From positions 1 to 64,000 of the IMG/VR virus record IMGVR_UViG_3300010357_001370: DNA of 64,000 nucleotides; one strand, written 5' to 3'. The DNA comes from a virus. Its lineage: Duplodnaviria; Caudoviricetes. The translations under genes were made by a program, and so were the position numbers. Below, in pieces: positions 18,184-27,566 of this stretch. Within the stretch, counting starts at the first letter, position 1. Each line of letters starts with the position of its first letter. The notes below the pieces were generated by a model that saw only the letters and a program-made list of their open reading frames with translations, was not told the origin of the DNA and searched no databases.

Positions 18184-19734
18184 CTAGTTCTTAGGATAGG
18201 GACTTATTCGCAAACTGAGCTGCTCCTGGACTAGCGCAGCGTTAAACGCTTCATAGCGAGCAACAATTTCTTTAATCTCGGCAGGAGGAACTGCGATTTC
18301 CTTGATTGGTCTACCGATGTAGTAGCCTTGAGCAAAATCCATTCCTAACCGTAAACAAGTTTCAAATTCTGGCTTGGTTTCAATACCTTCTGCAAGAACT
18401 AAGGTACCTAGTCCACGAGCGAACGATACCGTATTTTCGTATACTTGCTGCTTATCGATATTTGTAGCTATCCCCTCAATCAGCTCGTGAGAGATCTTTA
18501 CGATGTCCGGTTTAGAATTGAGAAGAGCTAAGTGATTCGAATACCCAGTACCGAAGTCGTCTAAGGCGATCAGTGCATTTAGCTTTGCAATCGTCTTATC
18601 TAGCAACGACATTACTTCAGGGAAAACTTCGCCGCGTTCGATAATCTCTATAACGAACTTGATATTATCGAATACCCCTTGAGCTATGGGTTCGTCGTAT
18701 ATCCTCTTCTTGATGCTCTCCGGAGCCAGATTGATGAATAATCTAGATTGCTCGGCATTCAAGTTTCTAAAGGATTGAATAGCTGTTAGCGTCATCAAAA
18801 ACTCTAGCTGCGTATATACCCCAAGAATTTCAGCATCGTCTAGAAGCTCAGCGATGTTCCTAAACGCAGGGTTTGTTGGTCGTGTTAAGGCTTCATACCC
18901 ATACAGCTCACCATCGTTACAGGAGATGATGGGTTGGAATACAGTTGTAATTTGTGCATTCTCGATCACCTCATAAACGTGATGTCGGCGCTTAACAATA
19001 ACTTGATAGTCTAGATACCTTGGCAGATCAAAGAGAACAGCAGACGCCCCTTCATTTTGGCCTGCTTCTAAAGAAGCAAACTTAGCATACGTAGTTAACA
19101 GCTCCACATCTGTTGTATGCTCGATCGGTGCGATGCCTATCGAAACTTCAAACGTTCCTCGAATACTCCCTTCTGTATCTAGCTCGTATGTTTTTTCTGC
19201 TAAAACTTCTGCAAGATGCTGGAACTTCTGTTGAATGTCCTCAGCAGACCTGGGGAATTTTGTTATTGCAAGAAACTCGGCATCAGAAAATTGGTAGATA
19301 TCTTGAATATAATTCTTAAAAACATCCTGGACAGCGAGAGCTCCAGCTCGTATATAAGAATTACTGATAGCTAACCCGTATCGTTCTAGATACTGATAGT
19401 ATTCTTTGAGGCGAATGAATATATATGCTGATGCTCCTCGAACTACTGTTTGAGGAATTTCTGTTTTTAGAGGTAGGCTTGTTACGGAATCGTGCACGTA
19501 CCAAAATCGTGCCTTAGATGACGATTGTGCGAGTAAAACTAATAGCCCAATTAAGACAGCTAAGGCAACCGGAGACAATACCATATGGTAAATCTCTCCC
19601 CAATTTGCGTTTGGGGACAGGGTGAACACAATGATATCTCGAATTGCTCCAAATGTCAAAAGCCCAGAAAGTAAGATAGCTGCAGCTACCGTAGTGCAAG
19701 TGCCTATCTTACTATAGAGTGTGTTCTTTTTCAT
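18184..19734 (-). CDS. Membrane-anchored degenerate-GGDEF/EAL c-di-GMP phosphodiesterase
   Basis: Two N-terminal hydrophobic helices; SDAEF in place of GGDEF; YEALTR, FINL, IEIIE, DDFGTGYS, K, AEGIE, QGY. Confidence 0.9.
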   Translation of the reverse strand: MKKNTLYSKIGTCTTVAAAILLSGLLTFGAIRDIIVFTLSPNANWGEIYHMVLSPVALAVLIGLLVLLAQSSSKARFWYVHDSVTSLPLKTEIPQTVVRGASAYIFIRLKEYYQYLERYGLAISNSYIRAGALAVQDVFKNYIQDIYQFSDAEFLAITKFPRSAEDIQQKFQHLAEVLAEKTYELDTEGSIRGTFEVSIGIAPIEHTTDVELLTTYAKFASLEAGQNEGASAVLFDLPRYLDYQVIVKRRHHVYEVIENAQITTVFQPIISCNDGELYGYEALTRPTNPAFRNIAELLDDAEILGVYTQLEFLMTLTAIQSFRNLNAEQSRLFINLAPESIKKRIYDEPIAQGVFDNIKFVIEIIERGEVFPEVMSLLDKTIAKLNALIALDDFGTGYSNHLALLNSKPDIVKISHELIEGIATNIDKQQVYENTVSFARGLGTLVLAEGIETKPEFETCLRLGMDFAQGYYIGRPIKEIAVPPAEIKEIVARYEAFNAALVQEQLSLRISPYPKN

Positions 19735-19775
19735 GTCCCTTCCCTACCCAAATTAGTCTGGGAAGGGCTGGGAGT

Positions 19776-20354
19776 TTAGTGGGAATTCTCGAGCTTTTCG
19801 AGAGATGCAAATGTATACCGTAACTGGAATTTAGCATCTGCTAAGGCATTATGCGCTCCGGCTACTTCAGCATAATCCGCCGGGTCGACGTTAGCGAAGG
19901 ATACCATTGTTCGAAGGTCTACGTAGTCCCTATAGCCCCATGGGGTAGGGATGTTGCACAGGTCGAAAGCTCGATTGATGATTGGGAAATCAAACGAAGC
20001 ATGACACCATACTCGAAACTTTTCCACTTCACCAGGGCGGTGAATTCCGGTTCGAGTGGACGGAAAGTGGGAGAATAGCCAAGTACGAAAAGTGTTCAGA
20101 GCTTGGTCAATATCTACAGGAACCGGATCTACTAGGCTTCGACGAACATCTTCAGCTTGCTTCAACCACCACATAACGGTGCTACCTGAGATAGTCATCC
20201 CGCGCTTCTGACACGAGTCTGCGTCTACGTTGATAGAAAACTCATCGATAGGCTTTCGCAGCCGACGATCGAAAGCGATCGCTCCAATCTGAGTAATTGC
20301 CGCTGGAACTTTATTATCCAGAGTCTCGAGGTCAAGCATAATATCTAGAGTCAT
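19776..20354 (-). CDS. DEDDh 3'-5' exonuclease (RNase AS/ExoVIII-like)
   Basis: IMLDLETL, SFDFPII, HNALADA. Confidence 0.85.
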   Translation of the reverse strand: MTLDIMLDLETLDNKVPAAITQIGAIAFDRRLRKPIDEFSINVDADSCQKRGMTISGSTVMWWLKQAEDVRRSLVDPVPVDIDQALNTFRTWLFSHFPSTRTGIHRPGEVEKFRVWCHASFDFPIINRAFDLCNIPTPWGYRDYVDLRTMVSFANVDPADYAEVAGAHNALADAKFQLRYTFASLEKLENSH

Positions 20355-20569
20355 ATTCCTATCTTTCTGGCTTTTAGCATAGCCTGCTTATCAGCTTTAC
20401 GTCTCTTTTTAGTTTCAAGATGAGGAAGAATTACGGCTCTTTCCCACCACCCGTCCCATTCTCCGCCAGGGCCCTCTTCTTGAAGACGAATAAAGAAGAC
20501 CTTGGGACGGTGCCACCATACATAGCCTCTAGTAAAATCCCAGAGAAGTTTAATTGTAGCTAATTTCAA
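20351..20569 (-). CDS. Hypothetical protein
   Basis: Overlapping start/stop with neighbours. Confidence 0.6.
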   Translation of the reverse strand: MKLATIKLLWDFTRGYVWWHRPKVFFIRLQEEGPGGEWDGWWERAVILPHLETKKRRKADKQAMLKARKIGI

Positions 20570-20934
20570 AATAACTCCGATTCGTCTGGCAGGAATTCTT
20601 CGTCAGGAGTGTAGCGAGCTACCTCAACATCTCTATCTACTACGACTTGATTTTTTGTAAACGTAGCTACCCCAACATCGTTGCGGGCAGTAGACTTTGA
20701 TCCTTTCTTAATTCGGTAACCATGCTCACTCCATTCTTGAAATGTATGAGGGGTACCGGCATCGAATTTTTTTTCTTTCTTTTTCTTTTTAGGAACTGGC
20801 TCTTCTACGTCTACGTATTCCTTAGCTAATATATTCCGAATCTCTTCCCAGAGCTCGCTCCAACACGGGCCATGAGGAGGCCAGTCCTGAAGTTCAGCAG
20901 CTATCTGCTTAGCTACGCGCTCATGCTTCGTCAT
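20566..20934 (-). CDS. Hypothetical protein with ArdC-N-like motif
   Basis: TFQEWSEHGYRIKKGSK. Confidence 0.5.
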   Translation of the reverse strand: MTKHERVAKQIAAELQDWPPHGPCWSELWEEIRNILAKEYVDVEEPVPKKKKKEKKFDAGTPHTFQEWSEHGYRIKKGSKSTARNDVGVATFTKNQVVVDRDVEVARYTPDEEFLPDESELF

Positions 20935-21241
20935 CTTCTATAAACTCCCAGACTACAGAGGTTATTCGATCTCCATTTTTCTTCCAAATAGGAGCCGGCT
21001 CGTCGGGAGAGAGTGGAATATAGTAGACATCGTCATCTGTTAAGAAGCCATGCTTACCAGAGAAAATATGGTATACGTAAGTCTTTCCATCCTGTTCAAA
21101 TGGCTCTTCAGTATACTCTCCTTCAAACGGGCCACCAACGTCTTCAAACCAGTAAAGAACGCGCTGGCCGTTCTTTGGATACCGGTCGCGCGCTCTGATC
21201 CAGACTCTACCTGGAATATCTGGTCGTATGTGCGAACGCAC
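20921..21241 (-). CDS. Hypothetical protein
   Basis: Translationally coupled in the operon. Confidence 0.6.
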   Translation of the reverse strand: MRSHIRPDIPGRVWIRARDRYPKNGQRVLYWFEDVGGPFEGEYTEEPFEQDGKTYVYHIFSGKHGFLTDDDVYYIPLSPDEPAPIWKKNGDRITSVVWEFIEDDEA

Positions 21242-21729
21242 TATCTGCCACCGATCTTCTCGATCTCGCCCCAGCCTTCCTTATCGATGGCCTTGAGAGC
21301 GTCCATGAAGCCGGAGTACTGACGCATCATAATGCTGTCGTCGATCGTAGTCTTAGCGCGATCGACTCCGTTCTTGAGATCCTTATTGACTCGGTCCTGG
21401 CAGAGCTGGAAGTTCTTCGAATCCATCATGACGACAAGCTTAGTCGAAGCGCCCTGCTCTCGTGCGATCTTGAGTAGCTTATTACGTGTGCCAGCGTTCG
21501 TGGACGTAGCGTCCCAAACGACGTCCTTACCCTGGTTGAGTAGGTACTCGGTCATCGCGAAGCAGGTATCAGCGACCTGATGATTCTTCGACTGATCGGA
21601 GATGTCCCCGGTCCAGATCTTGCGGAGGGTATCCATGTTGACTCGGATATATCCAGCCTCTTCCATTTCGGAGGCGTAGCGGGACTTTCCCGAACCAGAG
21701 ATATCGAGGGTAGCGATAAGCTTAGCCAT
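21241..21729 (-). CDS. P-loop kinase (AAA_33/polynucleotide kinase-like)
   Basis: SGSGKS Walker A, VNMDTLR, VVWDAT...R. Confidence 0.8.
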   Translation of the reverse strand: MAKLIATLDISGSGKSRYASEMEEAGYIRVNMDTLRKIWTGDISDQSKNHQVADTCFAMTEYLLNQGKDVVWDATSTNAGTRNKLLKIAREQGASTKLVVMMDSKNFQLCQDRVNKDLKNGVDRAKTTIDDSIMMRQYSGFMDALKAIDKEGWGEIEKIGGR

Positions 21730-21739
21730 TTGAGGCTCC

Positions 21740-22156
21740 TTACTGAATGCTTAGAATGAAATTGCGAAGAGCGATCTTGTCGCGTCCCAATTCTTCCCAG
21801 ACGTCGTTAATCTGAGATGTGGGAAAGAGCTTGATGGTCATATCAGGAAAAGCTTCCTGAAGGATCATAAGCATGTTGGTGCCGCCGACCGTATTGTTGC
21901 TATGAATGAGGATGCGCTTGACAGTAGGAAGCTGGAGCTTCTCGTCCCGAATAGCCTTTGCCATCCCCGTGCCGTTTAATCCCGAACCAAGGTCATGATC
22001 CAGCATCAACGTATCTGCTACGATCTCACCCTTGCGGATAGATGCGAGGAAGCTCTCGGCAGTGTACGATGAATCGTAGTCGTTACCAATAAGCTTCGTG
22101 AAGAGCGAGAACCTAGTAACATCATCATCGAGGATTAGGATCTGGTGCTTCATCAT
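21740..22156 (-). CDS. Cyclic-phosphate-processing receiver-like domain protein
   Basis: ILILDDD, LMLDHDLG, IHSNN..G. Confidence 0.7.
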   Translation of the reverse strand: MMKHQILILDDDVTRFSLFTKLIGNDYDSSYTAESFLASIRKGEIVADTLMLDHDLGSGLNGTGMAKAIRDEKLQLPTVKRILIHSNNTVGGTNMLMILQEAFPDMTIKLFPTSQINDVWEELGRDKIALRNFILSIQ

Positions 22157-22186
22157 ACCTATAATATCAAAATGCCTCTCAGAGAG

Positions 22187-22762
22187 TTAGACTGAGTACA
22201 CATGAACATTTTGAATCTTGTTTTTCTTACAATGAGAGTCAATTACTTGCTTATGCACCGGGTCATCATCTATCAGAAAAACGTGATCGAAGACTTGACC
22301 ATCTATTAACTGAAGAATGATTTGAAGCTTCCGTTCGCTGTCTGTCATGCTACTAGGAAAAGGATACTTCGGGTCATGAATGGCAAATATAAGATCTGGG
22401 TCGATTGTGATATCTATCCCTTGTTTAGCTAAGAATCTTGGCAAGGCTTCTTCAACAGCTAGCTCGCTTGAACGAGCAGTTAGAATACCTATCTCAGCTT
22501 CACCGACTGCGTCACGAAGTATATCGAGGCCTGGACCGGGCTTTGCGCTCAAGAAGGATTTGGTAACTTCCTCTACGGATGTGAACTCTACGAAGTCTAA
22601 TTTGAAAGCTTGCGTTCGACCAGCTTTCTTCCAATCCCTGTATTCGTCAGTCGGCAGGCGATATACCACTTCATCAGTATCCGGATCACGAAGAAGTATT
22701 CGTGCATCAGTGACGAGGAGGGTATCGTCTAGATCAAACAGTACAAGGGTCGAACGCAGCAT
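22187..22762 (-). CDS. HAD-family phosphatase (phage type)
   Basis: LFDLDDTL, ILTAR, LIDDD. Confidence 0.75.
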   Translation of the reverse strand: MLRSTLVLFDLDDTLLVTDARILLRDPDTDEVVYRLPTDEYRDWKKAGRTQAFKLDFVEFTSVEEVTKSFLSAKPGPGLDILRDAVGEAEIGILTARSSELAVEEALPRFLAKQGIDITIDPDLIFAIHDPKYPFPSSMTDSERKLQIILQLIDGQVFDHVFLIDDDPVHKQVIDSHCKKNKIQNVHVYSV

Positions 22763-22767
22763 GACAT

Positions 22768-23226
22768 TTACATCTCCAGTATTTCGCGAGTCTTAAGAGT
22801 TACGTCGTACTCAAACCAAACATCAGGAGAAGCAGACGCTACCTTGTCCCGGAGTTCTTTTATTTCAGATGGAGAACGAGGCTGTCCATCCTCAATAAAA
22901 GCTACTCTGCAGTTAGGTATCGTTTCTTTAAGAGCATTCATTATAACAGATGCTACAGCAGTACGACCTGTTCCTAGTGCGCCAGATATCTCAATCTGAA
23001 CCTTCTTCACGTCTCTACCTACCTTTGGAGGAACTGGCGGAGGAGCTGGTTTACCATATTCCTCTTTAAGCACACAAACTGTCGGGCGCTTTACCAACTC
23101 CTCACATATAGTAGGTCCCCATCCGAAAAAACGTTGTTTGACTTTCGGATGGGTGCACTCCTCGCCGTTCCTGAGGTACGTGCAGTTCACACTTTTCATT
23201 ATTTTACTCCAGCTTGCCTTGCCCAA
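22768..23226 (-). CDS. Hypothetical protein
   Basis: ORF in operon; Cys-containing N-terminus and a P-loop-like GALGTGRT. Confidence 0.55.
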   Translation of the reverse strand: MGKASWSKIMKSVNCTYLRNGEECTHPKVKQRFFGWGPTICEELVKRPTVCVLKEEYGKPAPPPVPPKVGRDVKKVQIEISGALGTGRTAVASVIMNALKETIPNCRVAFIEDGQPRSPSEIKELRDKVASASPDVWFEYDVTLKTREILEM

Positions 23227-24032
23227 TCTCTCTGCTTGATGACAATACCGCGAGTAGGGTAAAGCCCAGACGCAGCAGATAGCGGGCAGAACTGCTTAAA
23301 GCCGCAGAAGGGACAGAACTCGCACATACGATTCAAATTAGCTTCTGGTGCCCAGGTGCTACTCTCAATAGTCGTAATCTTATCTGCGAAAGATCTTCGA
23401 ACGTCATCGAGAGTCTGCTTAGTGAATTTAATTGCCTTGAAGACCTTAAGAGGGTCTTCCTTGTCCTGATCAGCAAGAGCGAAATAGATGTTAACAGCAA
23501 CCTTGTTGACGAGCTCGTCTTCAGGAATTCCGTACTGCTTGTGAAGTGCCCAGGCATAGAGCATCATCTGATCTACATAGTACGATGTGTTTGAACTCTT
23601 ACCGGTCTTATAGTCTATAATATGGAAGGAACCGTCTGGCTTCTCGAGGAGAACGTCAAGCTTCCCGGTGAAGTTATTCCCATCAAGTTCAAATCTAAAT
23701 TCAATTTCCTTATGTACCTTGCCACCGGCAAAGATCACAGGAGCCATTACCTCGTCGTAAAACTTTAGGAATCGCTTAATAGGAATTTCGAGAGAGAACT
23801 CTTCGGGAAGAGTAAATTGCTTCTCTACTTCAAGGCGACGCTGCTCAATGTAGTCTGGTGACCACGAGGGATCGTAGTGCTCTGCAAACTGGTGGAAGGC
23901 ATTTCCCTTTCGAGTCAGAACGTTCTGAACCGTGTCTTCGGCGTAGTAGCCTCTCTTGTACTGCAGGGAGTACTTCAATCGACAAGATTCGAAAGTACCG
24001 ACTCTTGATGATGAATACGTTGCTTTTGCCAT
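23199..24032 (-). CDS. PD-(D/E)XK nuclease, RecB/Cas4-like
   Basis: N-terminal C..KY, GNAFH, E, GKLDVL, IIDYKTG, C-terminal CEFCPFC...C. Confidence 0.88.
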   Translation of the reverse strand: MAKATYSSSRVGTFESCRLKYSLQYKRGYYAEDTVQNVLTRKGNAFHQFAEHYDPSWSPDYIEQRRLEVEKQFTLPEEFSLEIPIKRFLKFYDEVMAPVIFAGGKVHKEIEFRFELDGNNFTGKLDVLLEKPDGSFHIIDYKTGKSSNTSYYVDQMMLYAWALHKQYGIPEDELVNKVAVNIYFALADQDKEDPLKVFKAIKFTKQTLDDVRRSFADKITTIESSTWAPEANLNRMCEFCPFCGFKQFCPLSAASGLYPTRGIVIKQRDWARQAGVK

Positions 24033-24080
24033 GTGATATCCTTTAATGGGTGAGTAATAAATATAATATACAATACGATT

Positions 24081-25229
24081 CTATAGCTTAGAGAGGATGT
24101 AGGGAATATCGACTTCTCGATCGAGCCTCGAGATACTATCTCCCATCAAGTCTTCTCCAAGGCTATTAAGAAAGAGTGGAGGAGGAAGAACGATCAAGTC
24201 GGTTTCTGAAGTTGCATATTTCTTTATAGCTATAAGGATATCTTCAATTGTGAGTAACCCTGCGCATATAATATTGCCACCGTACGTAGCATTATCTATA
24301 AAATGAACAGTGTTAGAGGCTGCTTGAATAGATACCGTTGATTCTATTTTATCTTTAATCATCTGGAAAGCTGCGCGGGATGTTAGCCAAAGAACATTTC
24401 CTACCCAATAGGAATCAGACAGCTCCTGAATAGTAGCTTCGGAAAGGCTATATCGAGTAGTTTCTAACGTTCCTATTTCTCTGAATTGGCATTCGGGATG
24501 CTCTTCAGCCTTCTTAGTAAGAAACGAGTGTAGCTCCCTATGATCTAGGGTTGAAGCATACCGAAAAAATTCTGAGTCGGGTGAGTACTTTGTATAGCCA
24601 GGATACCAGAATACGAGTCGATTAACTTGTCGAGCAATTATTTGTTCTATCGTATTAGCAAGATCTTCATACCCGACTAGGTTAGGTAGCGCAACGGTAG
24701 ATGTGTCTACTGAAATACCCGCGCTATTAAGCTTATCGAAAGATTCGATCGCAGTCTTAAAAAGACCCGAACTCGTTGTTCCTAGTATTCTGAGCCAGTG
24801 CTTCTCAGTAAAGGATGGGATAGAGATCGATACGTCGATCGGAGTGTACCTAGCTAATAAAGTTATGATATCGTCCGTGAGGGGACTTCCATTTGTTGTG
24901 ATTGCTATTCGGATTTGAGAGGGTAAACAGCGCCGTATCTCCCGAAGGATTGTTGCTAGCTCAGGATGAAGAAGAGCTTCTCCCTCCGAGACGGTGCCAG
25001 GGAACATGTTGCTTAGGCTCAACGAGGCACTCTCAGTCTTAAGGCAGCTGTTCTTTACAAAATACAACTCTCGATAAAATTCTTCAAGAGATAGAAAGCC
25101 TGGCCTCTCTGTATGAAACGGATTCTGCTTATTAGAACAAAAGAAGCAAGAGGTGTTACAGACTGCTGATATTGGAATCCCTGAATCTCTATGACCTGTT
25201 AATTTAGAAAGAATGAAGGGTGTGACCAT
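24081..25229 (-). CDS. Radical SAM protein with DUF512-like C-terminus
   Basis: CNTSCFFC; YGGNIICAGLLT resembles the DUF512 motif. Confidence 0.75.
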   Translation of the reverse strand: MVTPFILSKLTGHRDSGIPISAVCNTSCFFCSNKQNPFHTERPGFLSLEEFYRELYFVKNSCLKTESASLSLSNMFPGTVSEGEALLHPELATILREIRRCLPSQIRIAITTNGSPLTDDIITLLARYTPIDVSISIPSFTEKHWLRILGTTSSGLFKTAIESFDKLNSAGISVDTSTVALPNLVGYEDLANTIEQIIARQVNRLVFWYPGYTKYSPDSEFFRYASTLDHRELHSFLTKKAEEHPECQFREIGTLETTRYSLSEATIQELSDSYWVGNVLWLTSRAAFQMIKDKIESTVSIQAASNTVHFIDNATYGGNIICAGLLTIEDILIAIKKYATSETDLIVLPPPLFLNSLGEDLMGDSISRLDREVDIPYILSKL

Positions 25230-25240
25230 ATGTACAATAT

Positions 25241-25262
25241 AAAAGGCGGTCTTTCGACCGCC
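25241..25262 (-). terminator. Rho-independent terminator
   Basis: GGCGGTC/GACCGCC stem plus U4. Confidence 0.7.
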
Positions 25263-25267
25263 TTACT

Positions 25268-25561
25268 TTAGATGTACATACATGCTCTGTTGTAGACTTC
25301 TTCCCAGCCACCCATTGCTTGGGCTTTTGCATCTGTGCAATAACCCTCTTCGCGAGCCTCGTCTGCAAAACCAAGAACATCGTCATAGTTGTGCTCGGCA
25401 GCATGACCTAGCATGTCCCAATCAAGCTTCGGGATACGTCTTCGTGCCGGTTTAGGCAATCCGGCAATATCACCCTGATCTTCAATCTCGTCTGCCTCAA
25501 TGAGATGACTTAGAGCTCTATCGATTCCATCCAGGGCTTCAAGTAACTTTTTATAGCTCAT
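25268..25561 (-). CDS. Hypothetical protein
   Basis: 97-aa ORF, N-terminal LLEA. Confidence 0.6.
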   Translation of the reverse strand: MSYKKLLEALDGIDRALSHLIEADEIEDQGDIAGLPKPARRRIPKLDWDMLGHAAEHNYDDVLGFADEAREEGYCTDAKAQAMGGWEEVYNRACMYI

Positions 25562-25669
25562 CGTTGTTACGCCAATTCGCGAGTATCGCCATTGACTAAA
25601 GCAGCGAGATCGTCGCCACCACTTATATCATCCTGAACAGATTCCCGAATGCGATCCAGAGAAAGGCTA

Positions 25670-26824
25670 TCATCCGTTTCTGTTAGGCCTTCCAGCCGGA
25701 AATAAGAAGTTTTCAACAACTCGGCCACTCATCAAGAGAGCAGCTACATCTCCAGCATCGGCTCCTGGCTCCTGCTTAGATACAAGCTCCTTCATTCGGG
25801 CAATACCGGCAGAAGCTTCGTCTTCGTTAGCCTCGGATAGAAGGGCGGAAGCAACAGCCCCGGCTCCTAGGCGCTCGTTAATTTCAGAATCGAGAACGTG
25901 GGACTCAACGAGATCGCGCCAGCCAGACATATCTGCAACATCCTGCTTAACGTACGGGCTGACGAGCATGTCAGCTTCCTGGAGCTTTGAAGGCTTCTTC
26001 TGAGCGGACTCAACTACCTTCTTATAGACCTTCTCTTCGTTATTACGAGTAAAAACTTCAGGGGTGGACGGCTTACGCTGGTAGCCTTCCTTAATCATAC
26101 TGAAATCGAGAACACCTTCCTGAAGTGGCTGTTCCTGGTGCTCAGCTTCCCATCGCTCTTTCATAACGTCAAGTAGCTCCTGGCCCTTAGCCTTTAAGAT
26201 TGCGCTCTCACGAGTTCTACGAGAAGAGCTCTCTTCAAGTTCTCCATCAGCCCAGTTGTACTTACCAACTCGATGGCCGCCGCAGGCGTAACACTCTACT
26301 ACGCCATCCTCATCGCAAGTTACATCAGAGCTTCCACAGGAAGGACAAACATCTGTACCTTCCTTTATATGATGAACACTCTCGTACATTCCCTCTTCTG
26401 GAAGCTCAGCTGCTCCAGCTTCAAGTCCAGTCATTGCACCAGTAGGAGCTGGAGGCGGCATACCAGCAGCCGCGGCAGCACCGACGGCATCGGGGCTCAT
26501 CGGAGCTCCAGGCATTGCACCGACATCAGCCCCACCTGGAACCGCGTCATCCTGACGACCAACGCGCACCTTAGAGAGCGGAAGGCTATCAAGGAAGCGA
26601 ACGACTGAGTCTATTGCAACCGGGTTAGATGGAGAATCGATATACTGCTGTAGCGCAGGAACGAGCATGGTTCGAAGCTGATTGGGAATGACGCGGGCAA
26701 TCTCGCCACCAAAAGAGTTGGCATCATTCGCAGCTTCATTCGCCGTCTGAATTACCTCAGTCAGCATCTCCTTAATAGAGAAAAGCTTCTCGTATAGCTT
26801 GTCAATGTTTGGCTTGGTTGCCAT
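25670..26824 (-). CDS. Acidic hypothetical protein with zinc ribbon, putative head protein; may extend to 25567 via +1 frameshift
   Basis: CPSC...CYAC; many xxE-S/A/G sites; AGGAG SD and ACTAAC upstream. Confidence 0.65.
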   Translation of the reverse strand: MATKPNIDKLYEKLFSIKEMLTEVIQTANEAANDANSFGGEIARVIPNQLRTMLVPALQQYIDSPSNPVAIDSVVRFLDSLPLSKVRVGRQDDAVPGGADVGAMPGAPMSPDAVGAAAAAGMPPPAPTGAMTGLEAGAAELPEEGMYESVHHIKEGTDVCPSCGSSDVTCDEDGVVECYACGGHRVGKYNWADGELEESSSRRTRESAILKAKGQELLDVMKERWEAEHQEQPLQEGVLDFSMIKEGYQRKPSTPEVFTRNNEEKVYKKVVESAQKKPSKLQEADMLVSPYVKQDVADMSGWRDLVESHVLDSEINERLGAGAVASALLSEANEDEASAGIARMKELVSKQEPGADAGDVAALLMSGRVVENFLFPAGRPNRNG

Positions 26825-26873
26825 AAATCACTCCTATTTCCGTTGTGGATCCGTATCTAGTTAGTGAGAATCG

Positions 26874-27182
26874 TTATTGATGGTGGTGTAACCCAGAACC
26901 GATAACGACACCATCGATAAATCTTTGCTGTCTCGATGCTTGTTCGTTCTGAGCAATCTCATCAATAGCCTCTCGAGGATCAACATCAGATTCCGCAAGA
27001 TCTTTCCAAAACTCAATTGAATCACAAGGAGGGGTGCAAACCTCCACAAACTGTGAAAGATTGCACCCATACTCTTCGAGGAGGTATTCGCGGCATTCAT
27101 CGAAAAACGCAGCGTTTTTTGTGTCTTCCCGTATCTGATCCCAAAATTGATCTGGCTCAGACTTGTAATAACTGTTAACCAT
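26874..27182 (-). CDS. Hypothetical protein
   Basis: 102-aa ORF. Confidence 0.6.
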   Translation of the reverse strand: MVNSYYKSEPDQFWDQIREDTKNAAFFDECREYLLEEYGCNLSQFVEVCTPPCDSIEFWKDLAESDVDPREAIDEIAQNEQASRQQRFIDGVVIGSGLHHHQ

Positions 27183-27188
27183 GCGTAA

Positions 27189-27563
27189 TTAGTCTGAATC
27201 TTCTACAACATTGGCAATTGCGCTATCAATCTTCTTCTGCAGCACATCTGTTAATACGTTATGCTTTTCGTCGTAGATTTCTCCAACCAGCTTCTTGAAG
27301 AACGTCGACGCAGCGATATACGTATCGACATTAGTTTCAATTGTTCCGTCTGCTCCGAGCTGATCGTTCACATAGCGAACTCCTACAGTCCCTAGAAACG
27401 GAACTTGAAGTAAGTTCAGCTTAGTAGGATCTCTGGTAATTTGCTCTATCCATCGGATCAGTGTGAACTCCCAGACCTCGCGAATAACGTCGCGCTGAAT
27501 GCCGGAGAGGGCAGAAATCTCTTCTAGCGTATGCTTAGTCTCTTCATCTAGTTTAAGGAACAT
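27189..27563 (-). CDS. Possible HU/IHF-like DNA-binding protein
   Basis: Two N-terminal helices followed by LQVPFLGTVGV, resembling HU IxGFGxF. Confidence 0.4.
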   Translation of the reverse strand: MFLKLDEETKHTLEEISALSGIQRDVIREVWEFTLIRWIEQITRDPTKLNLLQVPFLGTVGVRYVNDQLGADGTIETNVDTYIAASTFFKKLVGEIYDEKHNVLTDVLQKKIDSAIANVVEDSD

Positions 27564-27566
27564 ATG

